From Octopus bimaculoides (Eukaryota), in the NCBI RefSeq assembly GCF_001194135.2, contig NC_069001.1, positions 2,993,803 to 3,057,802 on the forward strand: a stretch of DNA of 64,000 nucleotides, in the 5' to 3' direction. Both the position numbers and the translations under genes were made by a program. A model generated the notes under the pieces. It saw only the letters and a list, made by a program, of their open reading frames with translations. It did no database searches and had not been told where the DNA came from. Of this stretch, positions 25,276 through 40,200 are shown in pieces (positions within the stretch are counted from its first letter, which is position 1; every line of letters starts with the position of its first letter).

Positions 25276-28200
25276 TTACGTACGTTCGCTCGGACGTACG
25301 TACGTTTGTTTGTTTGTTCGTTCGATCTTTCTTTCGTTCACAAGTGCGTGCGTTCGTTCGTTTGTTCATTCTAATGTACGTACTATGTGCGTACGTTCTT
25401 TCGTTCTTTTCGGGCGTATGTACGGACGTTCTTTCGTTTGCTCGATCGTACGTACGTACGTTTGTTTCTTCGTACGTACGCACGTACGTTCTTTCGTTCG
25501 GTCGTTCTTTAGCTCTTTCCTTCGTTCGTTCTTTTGTTAGTTCATTCCTTCATATGTACGTTCGTACGTACATACGTAAGTTCGTCCGTTCGTATGTACG
25601 CAAGTACGTACGATCGTTCGTCCGCACGTACGTACGTACTTACGTAATTACGCACGTACGATCTTTCGTTCGTTCATTCGTACGTATGTGCGTATGTACG
25701 TTCAATCATTAGTTCCTTCGTACGTTCGTTCGTTCGTTCGTACGTTCGCTCGTTTATTCATTTCGTTTCTTCGTTCGTATGTTTCGTACGATATTTCGTT
25801 CTTGCGTGCGTACGTACGTTCGTTCTTTCGTTTGGTCCTTCGATCGTTTGGTCGTTCGTTCGTACATACGTACGCACGTTCGTTCGTACGTACGTACGTT
25901 CGTTCGTTCATTCCTTCATTCTTACGTATGAACGTACGTACAAACGTACCTTCGTTTGTTCGTACGTACACACGTACGTTCTATCATTCGGTTGTTCTTT
26001 CGTTCGTTCGTTCCTACGTGCGTGTGTACGTTCAATCGTCAGTTCCTTCGTATGTTCGTTCGTTCGTGCATACGTACGTACGTTCGATCGTTTATTCATT
26101 TCGTTTCTTCGTTCGTATGTACTTACTTACGTTCGTTCGTTCGGACGTACTTACGTGCGTACGTTCGTTCGTCCATACGTAATTACGTATGTACGTTCTT
26201 TCATTCGTTCGTAGGTGCGTATGTACCTTCAATCGTTAGTTCCTTCGTACGTTCGTTCGTTTATTCATTTCGTTTCTTCGTTCATTCGTTCGATCGTATG
26301 TACGTACGATCGTTCGTTCTTACGTACGTACTCTCGTTCGTTCCTTCGATCGTTTGGTCGTTCGTACGTACGCACGTTCGTTCGTGCGTGCGTACGTTCG
26401 TACGTACTTACGTTCGTTCATTCTTACGTATGAACGTACGTACAAACGTACTTAAGTACGTACTACGTAAGTACGTACGTTCGTTCGTATGTACATACGT
26501 AGGTATGTTCATTGTTTCGTTCGTTCGGACGTACGTACGTTCGCTCGGACGTACGTACGTTTGTTCGTTCGATCTTTCTTTCGTTCACAAGTGCGTACGT
26601 TCGTTTGTTCATTCTAATGTACGTACCACGTACGCTCGTTCGTTCTTTTGTTCGTTCGTACGTACCTACGTTCAGACGTACGTACGGACGTATGTACGCA
26701 CGTTCCTTAATTCGCTCGATCGTACGTACGTACGTTTGTTTCTTCGTACGTACGCACGTACGTTCTTTCGTTCAGTCGTTCGTTAGTTCTTTCCTTCGGT
26801 CGTTCTTTCCTTAGTTCGTTCCTTCGTATGTACGTTCGTGCGTACATACGTAAGTACGAACGTACGTTCGTTCGTTCGTATGTACGTACGTACGATCGTT
26901 TATACATACGTACGTTCGTTCTTTCGTTTGTTCCTTCGATCGTTCGTTCGGACGTACGTACGTTCGCACGTTCGCTCGCTCGGACGTACGTACGTTTGTT
27001 TGTTTGTTCGTTCGATCTTTCTTTCGTTCACAAGTGCGTACGTTCGTTTGTTCATTCTAATGTACGTTCGTTTGTACGTACGTAAGTACGAACGTACGTC
27101 CGTTCGTTCGTACGTACGTACGTACGTTCGTTCTTTCGTTCGTTCGTTTGTCCGCACATACGTACGTTTGTTCGTTCGTACCTACGTACGTAATTACGAT
27201 CGTTCTTTCGTATGTTCGTACGTTCGCTCGTTTATTCATTTCGTTTCTTCGTTCATTCGTTCGTATGTACGTACGATCGTTCGTTCTTACGTACGTACGT
27301 TCGTTCTTTCGCTCGTTCGTTCGTTTGTAAATACGTACGTTCGTTCGTTTATTCATTTCGTTTCTTCGTTCGTTCGTATGTACGTACGATCGTACGTTCT
27401 TACGTACGTACCTACGTTCGTTCGTTTATTCATTTCGTTTCTTCTTTCATTCTGTCGTATGTGCGTACGATCGTTCGTTCTTACGTACGTACGTGCGTAC
27501 GTTCGTTCCTTCGATCGATCGTTCGGACGTACTTACGTGCGTACGTTCGTTCATACGAACGTACGTTCGTTCATACGAACGTACGTTCGTTCGTTTATTC
27601 ATTTCGTTTCTTCGTTCATTTGTTCGTTCGTTCGTATGTACGTACGATTGTACGTTCTTACGTACGTTCCTACGTTCGTTTGTTTATTCATTTCGTTTCT
27701 TCGTTCATTCGTTCGTTCTTACGTACGTGAGTACGTTCGTTCCTTTGGTCGTTCGTTCGTTCGTGCGTACGTTCGTTCATTCCTTCATTCTTACGTATGA
27801 ACGTACGTACAAACGTATGAACGATCGTACGTACATACATAGGAACGAACGAACGCACGTACCTTCGTTTGTTCGTTCTTTCGTTCGGTCGTTCCTTAGT
27901 TCTTTCGTACGTTCGTTCTTTCGCTAGTTCGTTCCTTCGTATGTACGTTCGTTTGTACGTACATACGTAAGTACGTACTACGTAAGTACGTTCGTTCGTT
28001 CGTATGCACGTACGTACGTTCGTTGTTTCGTTCGTTCTTTCGATCGTTCGGTCGTTCGTTCGGACGCACGTACGTTTGTTTGTTTGTTCGTTCGATCTTT
28101 CTTTCGTTCACAAGTGCGTACGTTCGTTCGTTCGTTTATTCATTCTAATGTACGTACGTACGTACGCTCGTTCGTTCTTTTGTTCATTCGTACGTACCTA

Positions 28201-31200
28201 CGTTCGGACGTACGGACGTATGTACGCACGTTCCTTAATTCGATCGTACGTACGTACGTTTCTTTCTTGGTACGTCGGCACGTACGTTCTTTCGTTCGTT
28301 AGTTCGTTCCTTCGTATGTACGTTCGTTTGAACGTTTGTACGTACATACGTAAGTAAGTACGTACGTACGTCCGTGCGTTCGTTCGTATGTACGTACGTA
28401 CGTTCGTTCTTTCGTTCGTTCTTTCGTTCGGTCATTCGTTAGTTCTTTCCTTCGGTCGTTCTTTCGTTAGTTCGTTCCTTCGTATGTACGTTCGTGCGTA
28501 CATACGTAAGTACGAACGTACGTTCGTTCGTTCGTACGTAGATCGTTCGTACGTACGTACGTTCGTTCTTTCGATCGTTCGTTCGGACGTACGTACGTTC
28601 GCTTGGACGTACGTACGTTTGTTTGTTTGTTCGTTTGATCTTTCTTTCGTTCACAAGTGCGTACGTTCGTTCATTCTAATGTACGTACTACGTACGTACG
28701 TACGCTCGTTCGTTCTTTTGTTCATTCGTACGTACCTACGTTCGGACGTACGTTCGTACGTACGGACGTATGTACGCACGTTCCTTAATTCGCTCGATTG
28801 TACGTACGTACGTTTCTTTCTTGGTACGTACGCACGTACGTTCTTTCGTTCGTTAGTTCTTTCCTTCGTTCATTCTTTCGTTAGTTCGTTCCTTCGTATG
28901 TACGTTCGTTTGAACGTTCGTACGTACATACGTAAGTACGTACGTACGTACGTGCGTTCGTTCGTATATACGTACGTACGTGCGTTCGTTCGTATATACG
29001 TACGTACGTACGATCGCTCGTACGTACGTACGTTCGTTCTCTCGTTCGATCGTTCGTTCGTTGTTTTGTCCGCACGCACGTACGTTCGTACCTACGTTCA
29101 GACGTACGTTCGTTCGTATGAACGCACGTTCCTTAATTCGCTCGATCGTGCGTACGTACATTTGTTTCTTCGTACGTACGCACGTACGTTCTTTCGTTCG
29201 TTTGTTCTTTCCTTAGTTCGTTCCTTCGTTTGAACGTTCGTACGTACATACGTAAGTACGTACGTACGGCCGTGCGTTCGTTCGTATATACGTACGTAAG
29301 TACGATCGCTCGTACGTACGTTCGTTCTCTCGTTCGTTCCTTCGATCGTTCGTTCGTTCTTTCGTCCGCACGAAGGTACGTTCGTACCAACGTTCAGACG
29401 TACGTTCGTTCGTTTGTTCGTATGTACGCACGTTCCTTAATTCGCTCGATCGTACGTACGTTTCTTCGTTTGTTTCTTCGTACGTACGTTCTTTCGTTCG
29501 GTCGTTCGTTAGTTCTTTCCTTCGGTCGTTCTTTCGTTAGTTCGTTCCTTCGTATGTACGTTCGTGCGTACACACGTAAGTACGAACGTACGTTCGTTCG
29601 TTCGTATGTACGGACGTACGTAGATCGTTCGTACGTACGACCGTTCGTACGTACGTACGTTCGTTCTTTCGTTCGTTCCTTCGATCGTTCGTTCGGACGT
29701 ACGTACGTTCGCTTGGACGTACGTACGTTTGTTTGTTTGTTCGTTTGATCTTTCTTTCGTTCACAAGTGCGTACGTTCGTTTGTTCATTCTAATGTACGT
29801 ACGTACGTACTATCGTTCGTTCTTTTGTTCGTTCGTACGTACCTACGTTCAGACGTACGTTCGTTTGATCGTTTGTACGTACGGACGTATGTACGCACGT
29901 TCCTTAATTCTCGCGATCGTACGTACGTACGTATGTTCTTTCGTTCGATCGTTTGTTAGTTCTTTCCTTCGATCGTTCTTTCCTTAGTTCGTTCCTTCGT
30001 AATTACCTTCGTTTGTACGTTCGTGCGTACATACGTAAGTACGAACGTACTTTCGTTCTTTCGTTCGTTCGTTCGTCCGCACGTGCTTACGTTTGTTTGT
30101 TCGTACCTACGTACGTAATTACGATCGTATGTTCGTACGTTCGCTCGTTTATTCATTTCGTATCTTCGTTCATTCGTTCGTATGTACGTACGATCGTTCG
30201 TTCGCTCGGACGTACGTACGTTTGTGTGTTTGTTCGTTCGATCTTTCTTTCGTTCACAAGTGCGTACGTTCGTTCGTTTGTTCATTCTAATGTACGTATT
30301 ACGTACGTACGTACGCTCGTTTGTTCTTTTGTTCATTCGTACGTACGTACGTACGGACGTATGTACGCACGTTCCTTAATTCGCTCGATCGTACGTACGT
30401 ACGTTTCTTTCTTGGTACGTACGTTCTTTCGTTCGGTAGTTCGTTAGTTCTTTCCTTCGTTCGTTCTTTCTTTAGTTCATTCCTTCGTATGTACGTTCGT
30501 TCTTTTGTTCGTTCGTTCGTACGTACCTACGTTCAGACATACGTTCGATCGTACGTACGGACGTATGTACGCACGTTCCTTAATTCGCTCGATCGTACGT
30601 ACGTTTGTTTCTTCGTACGTAAGTACGTACCTACGTTCGTTCGTTCATATATGCGTACGATCGTTCGTTCTTACGTACGTGCGTACGTTCGTTCCTTTGG
30701 TCGTTCGTTCGTACACACGTACGCATGTTCGTGCTTGCGTACGTTCGTTAGTACTTACGTTCGTTCATTCCTTCATTCTTACGTATGAACGTACGTACAA
30801 ACGTACCTTCGTTTGTTCGTTGTGTCGTTTGTTCGTTCGTTCGTTTCTTCGTACGTACACACGTACGTTCTTTCGTTGGGTCGTTCCATAGTTCTTTCGT
30901 TCGTTCGTTCTTTCGCTAGTTCGTTCCTTCGTATGTACGTTCGTTTGTACGTTCTTACGTAAATACGTAAGTACGTACTACGTAAGTACGTTCGTTCGTT
31001 CGTATGTACGTACGTACGTTCGTTGTTTCGGTCGTTCGTTCGGACGTACGTACGTTTATTTGTTTGTTCGTTCGATCTTTCTTTCGTTCACAAGTGCGTA
31101 CGTTCGTTCGTTTATTCATTCTAATGTACGTAATATATACGTACGTACGCTCGTTCGTTCTTTTGTTCATTCGTACGTACGGACGTATGTACGCACGTTC

Positions 31201-34200
31201 CTTAATTCGCTCGATCGTACGTACGTACGTTTCTGTCTTGGTACGTTCTTTTGTTCGGTCGTTCGTTAGTTCTTTTCTTCGTTCGTTAGTTCGTTCGTAC
31301 GTACGTACGTTCGTTCTTTCGTTCGTTCCTTCGATCGTTCGTTAGTTCGTTCGTACGTACGTACGTTCGTTCTTTCGTTCGTTCNNNNNNNNNNCTTCGA
31401 TCGTTCGGTCGTTCGTTCGTCCGCACGCACGTACGTTCGTACCTACGTACGTACGTTCGTACCTACGTACGTACGTTCGTACCTACGTACGTACGTTCGT
31501 TCGGACGTACTTACGCACGTACGTACGTTCGTTCGGACGTACTTACGCACGTACGCTCGTTCGTTCGTTCGTACGTACCTACCTTTCAGACGTACGTTCG
31601 TTCGTTCGTACGTACGGACGTATGTACGCACGTTCCTTAATTCGCTCGATCGTACGTACGTACGTTTGTCTCTTCGTGCGTACGTTCTTTCCTTCGGTCC
31701 TTCTTTCGTTAGTTCGTTCCTTCGTATGTACGTTCATTTGTACGTACGTAAGTACGAACGTACGTACGTTCGATCGTTCGTTCGGACGTACGTACGTTCG
31801 CTCGGACGTACGTACGTTTGTTTGTTCGTTCGATCTTTCTTTCGTTCACAAGTGCGTACGTTCGTTTGTTCATTCTAATGTACGTACGTACGTACGTACG
31901 CTCGTTTGTTCTTTTGTTCGTTCGTACGTACCTACGTTCAGGCGTACGTTCGTTCGTTCGTTCTTACGTACGGACGTATGTACGCACGTTCCTTAATTCG
32001 CTCGATCGTACGTACGTACATTTGTTTCTTCGTACGTACGTTCTTTCGTTCGTTAGTTCTTTCCTTAGTTCGTTCCTTCGTTTGAACGTTCGTACGTACA
32101 TACGTAAGTACGTACGTACGTCCGTGCGTTCGTTCGTATATACGTACGTACGTACGATCGCTCGTACGTACGTACGCTTGTTCTCTCGTTCGTTCCTTCG
32201 ATCGTTCGTTCGTTCTTTCGTCCGCACGTGCGTACGTTTGTTCGTTCGTACCTACGTACGTAATTACGATCGTATGTTCGTACGTTCGCTCGTTTATTCA
32301 TTTCGTATCTTCGTTCATTCGTTCGTATGTACGTACGATCGTTCGTTCTTACGTACGTTCGTTCTTTCGGTCGTTCGTTCGATCGTTCGGACGTACTTAC
32401 GTGCGTACGTTCGTTCGTACATACGTACGTCCGTTCGTTTATTCATTTCGTTTCTTCGTTCATTCGTTCGTTCGTTCGTATGTACGTACGATCGTACGTT
32501 CTTACGTACGTACCTACGTTCGTTCGTTTATTCATTTCGTTCATTCGTTCGTTCGTATGTACGTACGATCGTACGTTCTTACGTACGTACCTACGTTCGT
32601 TCGTTTATTCATTTCGTTTCTTCGTTCATTCTGTCGTATGTTCGTACGATCGTTCGTTCTTGCGTACGTTCGTTCTTTCGCTCGTGCGTACGTTCGTTCG
32701 TACGTACGTACGTTCGTTCGGGTATTCATTTCGTTCATTCGTTCGTTCGTATGTACGTACGATCGTACGTACCTACGTTCGTTCGTTTATTCATTTCGTT
32801 TCTTCGTTCATTCGTTCGTATGTGCGTACGATCGTTCGTTCTTACGTACGTGCGTACGTTCGTTCTTTTGTTCGTTCCTTTGATCGTTTGGTCGTTTGGT
32901 CGTTCGGTCGTACACACGTTCGTTCGTGCGTGCGTCTGTTCGTACGTACTTACGTTCGTTTATTCCTTCATTCTTACGTATGAACGTACGTACAAACGTA
33001 CCTTCGTTTGTTCGTTCGTTCGTTTCTTCGTACGTATGCACGTACGTTCTTTCGTTCGGTCGTTCGTTAGTTCTTTCCTTCGGTCGTTCTTTCCTTAGTT
33101 CGTTCCTTCGTATGTACGTTAGTTCGTACACACGTACGCACGTTCGTTCGTGCGTGCGTACGTTCGTACGTACTTACGTTCGTTCATTCCTTTATTCTTA
33201 CGTATGAACGTACGTACAAACGTACCTTCGTTTGTTCGTTGTGTCGTTTGTTCGTTCGTTCGTTCGTTCCTTCGATCGTTCGGTCGTTCGTACGTTCGCT
33301 CGGACGTACGTACGTTTGTGTGTTTGTTCGTTCGATCTTTCTTTCGTTCACAAGTGCATACGTTCGTTCGTTTGTTCATTCTAATGTACGTACTACGTAC
33401 GTACGTACGCTCGTTCGTTCTTTTGTTCATTCGTACGTACCTACGTTCGGACGTACGTACGTACGTAAGTACGCACGTTCCTTAATTCGCTCGATCGTAC
33501 GTACGTACGTTTCTTTCTTGGTACGTACGCACGTATGTTCTTTCGTTCGTTCGTTCTTTCGTTAGTTCGTTCCTTCGTATGTACGCTCGTTTGAACGTTC
33601 GTACGTACATACGTAAGTACGTACGTACGTCCGTGCGTTCGTTCGTATATACGTACGTACGTACGATCGCTCGTACGTACGTTCGTTCTCTCGTTCGTTC
33701 CTTCGATCGTTCGTTCGTTCTTTCGTCCGCACGCACGTACGTTCGTACCTACGTTCAGACGTACGTTCGTTCGTATGTACGCACGTTCCTTAATTCGCTC
33801 GATCGTACGTACGTACGTTTGTTTCTTCGTACGTACGTTCTTTCGTTCGGTCGTTCATTAGTTCTTTCCTTCGGTCGTTCTTTCGTTAGTTTGTTCCTTC
33901 GTATGTACGTTCGTGCTTACATAGTACATTCGTTCTTTCGTATGTACGGACGTACGTAGATCGTTCGTACGTACGATCGTTCGTACGTACGTACGTTCGT
34001 TCTTTCGTTCGTTCCTTCCGACGTACGTACGTTCAGACGTACGTACGTTCAGACGTACGTTCGTTCGTACGTACGGACGTATGTACGCACGTTCCTTAAT
34101 TCTCTCGATCGTACGTACGTACGTATGTTCTTTCGTTCGATCGTTCGTTAGTTCTTTCCTTCGGTCGTTCTTTCCTTAGTTCGTTCCTTCGTATGTACCT

Positions 34201-37200
34201 TCGTTTGTACGTTCGTGCGTACATACGTAAGTACGAACGTACGTCCGTTCGTTCGTACGTACGTTCGTTCTTTTGTTCGTTCGTTCGTCCGCACGTGCGT
34301 ACGTTTGTCCGTTCGTACCTACGTACGTATTTACGATCGTTCTTTCGTATGTTCGTACGTTCGCTCGTTTATTCATTTCGTTTCTTCGTTCATTCGTTCG
34401 TATGTACGTACGATCGTTCGTTCTTACGTACGTGCGTACTTTCGTTCTTTCGCTCGTTCGTTCGATCGTTCGGATGTACTTATTTACGTGCGTACGTTCG
34501 TTCGTACATACGTACGTTCGTTCGTTTATTCATTTCGTTTCTTCGTTCATTCGGTCGTATGTGCGTACGATCGTTCGTTCTTACGTACGTGCGTACGTTC
34601 GTTCTTTCGCTCGTTCGTTCGATCGTTCGGACGTACTTACGTGCGTACGTTCGTTCATACGTACGTACGTTCGTTCGTTTATTCATTTCGTTTCTTCGTT
34701 CATTCGTTCGTTCGTATGTACGTACGATCGTACGTTCTTACGTACGTACCTACGTTCGTTCGTTTATTCATTTCGTTCATATGTGCGTACGATCGTTCGT
34801 TCTTACGTACGTGCGTACGTTCGTTCCTTTGGTCGTTCGTTCGTACACACGTACGCACGTTCGTGCTTGCGTACGTTCGTACGTACTTACGTTCGTTCAT
34901 TCCTTCATTCTTACGTATGAACGTACGTACAAACGTACCTTCGTTTGTTCGTTGTGTCGTTTGTTCGTTTCTTCGTACGTACACACGTACGTTCTTTCGT
35001 TCGGGCGTTCCATAGTTCTTTGGTTCGTTCGTTCTTTCGCTAGTTCGTTCCTTCGTATGTACGTTCGTTTGTACGTTCTTACGTACATACGTAAGTACGT
35101 ACTATGTAAGTACGTTCGTTCGTTCGTATGTACGTACGTACGGTCGTTGTTTCGTTCGTTCGGTCGTTCGTTCGGACGTACGTACGTTTATTTGTTTGTT
35201 CGTTCGATCTTTCTTTCGTTCACAAGTGCGTACGTTCGTTCGTTTATTCATTCTAATGTACGTAATACGTACGTACGCTCGTTCGTTCTTTTGTTCATTC
35301 GTACGTTCGGACGTACGTACGGACGTATGTACGAACGTTCCTTAATTCGCTCGATCGTACGTACGTACGTTTCTGTCTTGGTACGTACGCACATACGTTC
35401 TTTCGTTCGGTCGTTCGTTAGGTCTTTCCTTCGTTCGTTCTTTCGTTAGTTCGTTCATTCGTATGTACGTACGTACGTACGTTCGTTCCTTCGGTCGTTC
35501 GTCCGCACGCACGTACATTCGTACCTACGTACGTACGTTCGTTCGGACGTACTTACGCACGTACGCTCGTTCGTTCGAACGTACCTACCTTTCAGACGTA
35601 CGTTCGTTCGTTCGTACGTACGGACGTATGTACGCATGTTCCTTAAATCGCTCGATCGTACGTACGTACGTTTGTTTCTTCTTGCGTACGTTCTTTCGTT
35701 CGGTCGTTCGTTAGTTCTTTCCTTCGGTCGTTCTTTCGTTAGTTCGTTCCTTCGTATGTACGTTCGTTTGTATGTACGTAAGTACGAACGTACGTACGTT
35801 CGTTCTTTCGTTCGTTCCTTCGATCGTTCGTTCGGACGTACGTACGTTCGCTCGGACGTACGTACGTTTGTTTGTTTGTTCGTTCGATATTTCCTTCGTT
35901 CACAAGTGCGTACGTTCGTTTGTTCATTCTAATGTACGTACGTACGTACGCTTGTTTGTTCTTTTGTTCGTTCGTACGTACCTACGTTCAGGCGTACGTT
36001 CGTTCGTTCGTTCTTACGTACGGACGTATGTACGCACGTTCCTTAATTCGCTCGATCGTACGTACGTACGTTTGTTTCTTCGTACATACGCACGTACGTT
36101 CTTTCGTTCGTTTGTTCGTTAGTTCTTTCCTTAGTTCGTTCCTTCGTATGTATGTTCGTGCGTACATACGTAAGTACGAACGTACGTCCGTTCGTTCGTA
36201 CGTACGTTCGTTCGTACGTACGTACGTTCGTTCTTTCGTTCGTTCGTTCGTTCGTCCGCACGTACGTACGTTTGTTCGTTCGTACCTACGTACGTAATTA
36301 CGATCATTCTTTCGTATGTTCGTTCGTACGTTCGCTCGTTTATTCATTTCGTTTCGTCGTTCGTTCGTTCGTATGTACGTACGAGCGTACGTTCTTACGT
36401 ACGTACCTAAGTTTGTTCGTTTATTCATTTCGTTTCTTCGTTCATTCGGTCGTATGTGCGTACGATTGTTCGTTCTTACGTACGTGCGTACGTTCATTCT
36501 TTCGCTCGTTCTTTCGATCGTACTTTCGTGCGTACGTTCGTTCGTACATACGTACGTTCGTTCGTACATACGTACGTTCGTACATACCTACGTTCGTTCG
36601 TTTATTTATTTCGTTTCTTCGTTCATTCGTTCGTTCGTTCGTATGTACGTACGATCGTACGATCTTACGTACGTACCTACGTTCGTTCTTTCGTTGGTTC
36701 CTTCGATCATTCGTTCGTACGTTCCTCCGCACGCTCGTACGTTCGTACCTACGTACGTACATTCGTTCGTTCGGACGTACTTACGCACGTACGCTCGTTC
36801 ATACGTACCTACGTTCAGACGTAAGTTCGTTCGTATGTACGCACGTTCCTTAATTCGCTCGATCGTACGTACGTACGTTTGTTTCTTGGTATGTACGCAC
36901 GTTCTTTCCTTCGGTTGTTCGTTAGTTCTTTCCTTCGGTCGTTCTTTCTTTAGTTCGTTCCTTCGTATGTACGTTCGTGCATACATACGTAAGTACGAAC
37001 GTACGTTCGTTCGTTCGTATATACGCACGTACGTACGATCGTTCGTACGTACGTACGTTCGCTCGGACGTACGTTCGCTCGGACGTACGTACGTTTGTTT
37101 GTTTGTTCGTTCGATCTTTCTTTCGTTCACAAGTGCGTACGTTCGTTCGTTTGTTCATTCTAATGTACGTACTACGTACGTACGTACGCTCGTTCGTTCC

Positions 37201-40200
37201 TTTGTTCATTCGTACGTACCTACGTTCGTACGCACGTTCCTTAATTCGCTCGATCTTACGTACGTACGTTTCTTTCTTGGTACGTACGCACGTACGTTCT
37301 TTCGTTCGTTAGTGCTTTCCTTCGTTCGTTCTTTCGTTAGTTCGTTCCTTCGTATGTACGTTCGTTTGAACGTTCGTACGTACATACGTAAGTACGTCCG
37401 TGCGTTCGTTCGTATATACGTACGTACGTACGTTCGTTCTTTCGTTCGTTCCTTCGGTCGTTCGTTCGTTCTTTCGTCGGCACGCACGTACGTTCGTACC
37501 TACGTACGTACGTTCGTTCGTTCGGACGAACTTACGCACGTACGCTCGTTCTTTCGTACGTACCTACGTTCAGACGTACGTTCGTCCGTACGTACGGACG
37601 TATGTACGCACGTTCCTTAATTCGCTCGATCGTACGTACGTACGTTTGTTTCTTCGTACGTACATACGTACGTTCGTTCGTTTTTTAATTTCGTTTCTTC
37701 GTTCATTCGTTCGTATGTGCGTACGATCGTTCGTTCTTACGTACGTGCATACGTTCGTTCTTTTGTTCGTTCCTTTGATCGTTTGGTCGTTCGTTCGTTC
37801 GTGCGTGCGTACGTTCGTACGTACTTACTTTCGTTCATTCCTTCATTCTTACGTATGAACGTACGTACAAACGTACCTTCGTTTGTTCGTTCGTTCGTTG
37901 TTTCGTTCGGTCGTTCGTTCGGACGTACGTACGTTTGTTTGTTTGTTCGTTCGATCTCTCTTTCGTTCACAAGTGCGTACGTTCGTTCGTTTGTTCATTC
38001 TAATGTACGTACTACGTACGTACGTACGTACGTACGCTCGTTCGTTCTTTTGTTCATTCGTACGTACGGACGTATGTACGCACGTTCCTTAATTCGCTCG
38101 ATCGTACGTACGTACGTACGTTCTTTCCTTCGGTCGTTCTTTCGTTACTTCGTTCCTTCGTATGTACGTTCGTTTGAACGTTCGTACGTACATACGTAAG
38201 TACGTACGAACGTCCGTTCGTATGTACGTATGTTCGTTCTTTCGTTCGTTCGTTCGGGCGTTCGTTCGTACGTTCGTCCGCACGCACGTACGTTCGTACC
38301 TACGCACGTACGCTCGTTCGTTCGTACGTACCTACGTTCAGACCTACGTTCGTTCGTTTGTTCGTACGTACGGACGTATGTACGCACGTTCCTTAATTCG
38401 CTCGATCGTACGTACGTACGTTCTTTCATTCGGTCATTCGTTAGTTCTTTCCTTCGGTCGTTCTTTCGTTAGTTCGTTCCCTCGTATGTACGTTCGTGCG
38501 TACATACGTAAGTACGAACGTACGTTCGATCGTTCGTACGTACGTTCGTTCTTTCGTTCGTTCCTTCGATCGTTCGTTCGGACGTACGTAAGTACGTTTG
38601 TTTGTTTGTTCGTTCGTACGTACCTACGTTCAGACGTACGTTCGTTCGTTCGTAAGTACGGACGTATGTACGCACGTTCCTTAATTCGCTCGATCGTACG
38701 TACGTTTGTTTCTTCGTACGTATGCATGCACGTTCTTTCGTTCGGCCGTTCGTTAGTCCTTTCCTTCGGTCGTTCTTTCTTTAGTTCGTTCCTTCGTTTG
38801 TACGTTCGTGCGTACATACGTAAGTACGAACGTACGTCCGTTCTTTCGTACGTACGTACGTTCGTTCTTTCGTTCGTTCGTCCGCACGTACGTACGTTTG
38901 TTCGTACGTTATCTCGTTTATTCATGTACGTACCTACGTTCGTTCGTTTATTCATTTCGTTTCTTCGTTCATTCGGTCGTATGTGCGTACGATCGTTCGT
39001 TCTTACGTACGTGCGTACGTTCGTTCTTTCGCTCGCTCGTTCGTTCGGACGTACTTACGTGCGTGCGTACGTTCGTTCGTACATATGTACGTTCGTTCGT
39101 TTATTCATTTCGTTTCTTCGTTCATTCGTTCGTTCGTTCGTATGTACGTACGATCGTACGTTCTTACGTACGTACCTACGTTCGTTCGTTTATTCATTTT
39201 GTTTCTTCGTTCATTCGTTGCTATGTGCGTACGATCGTTCGTTCTTACGGACGTGCGTACGTTCGTTCTTTCGTTCCTTCCCTTGGTCGTTCGTTCTTTC
39301 GTTCGTTCCTTTGGTCGTTCGTTCGTACACACGTACGCACGTTCGTTCGTGCGTGCGTACGTTCGTACGTACTTACGTTCGTTCATTCCTTCATTCTTAC
39401 GTATGAACGTACGTACAAACGTACCTTCGTTGTGTCGTTTGTTCGTTTCTTCGTACGTACACACGAACGTTCTTTCGTTCGGTCGTTCCTTAGTTCTTTC
39501 GTTCGTTCGTTCTTTCGCTAGTTTGTTCGGTCGTTCCTTAGTTATTTCGTTCGTTCGTTCTTTCGTTAGTTCGTTCCTTCGTATGTACGTTCGTTTGTAC
39601 GTTCTTACGTACATACGTGAGTACGTACTACGTAAGTACGTTCGTTCGTTGTTTCGTTCGTTCCTTCGATCGTTCGGACGTACGTACGTTCGCTCGGATG
39701 TACGTACCTTTGTTTGTTTGTTCGTTCGATCTCTCTTTCGTTCACAAGTGCGTACGCTCGTTCGTTCTTTTGTTCATTCGTACGTACCTACGTTCGGACG
39801 TACGTTCGTACGTACGGACGTATGTACGCACGTTCCTTAATTCGCTCGATCGTACGTACGTACGTTTCTTTCTTGGTACGTACGCACGTACGTTCTTTCG
39901 TTCGGTCGTTCGTTAGTTCTTGCCTTCGTTCGTTCTTTCGTTAGTTCGTTCCTTCGTATGTACGTTCGTTTGAACGTTCGTACGTACATACGTAAGTACG
40001 TACTTACGTCCGTTCGTTCCTTCGTATGTACGTACGTACGTACGATCGCTCGTACGTACGTACGTTCGTTCTTTCGTTCGTTCCTTCGATCGTTCGTCCG
40101 TACGTTCGTCCGCACGCACGTACGTTCGTACCTACGTACGTACGTTCGTACCTACGTACGTACGTTCGTTTGTTCGGACGTACTTACGCACGTACGCTCG

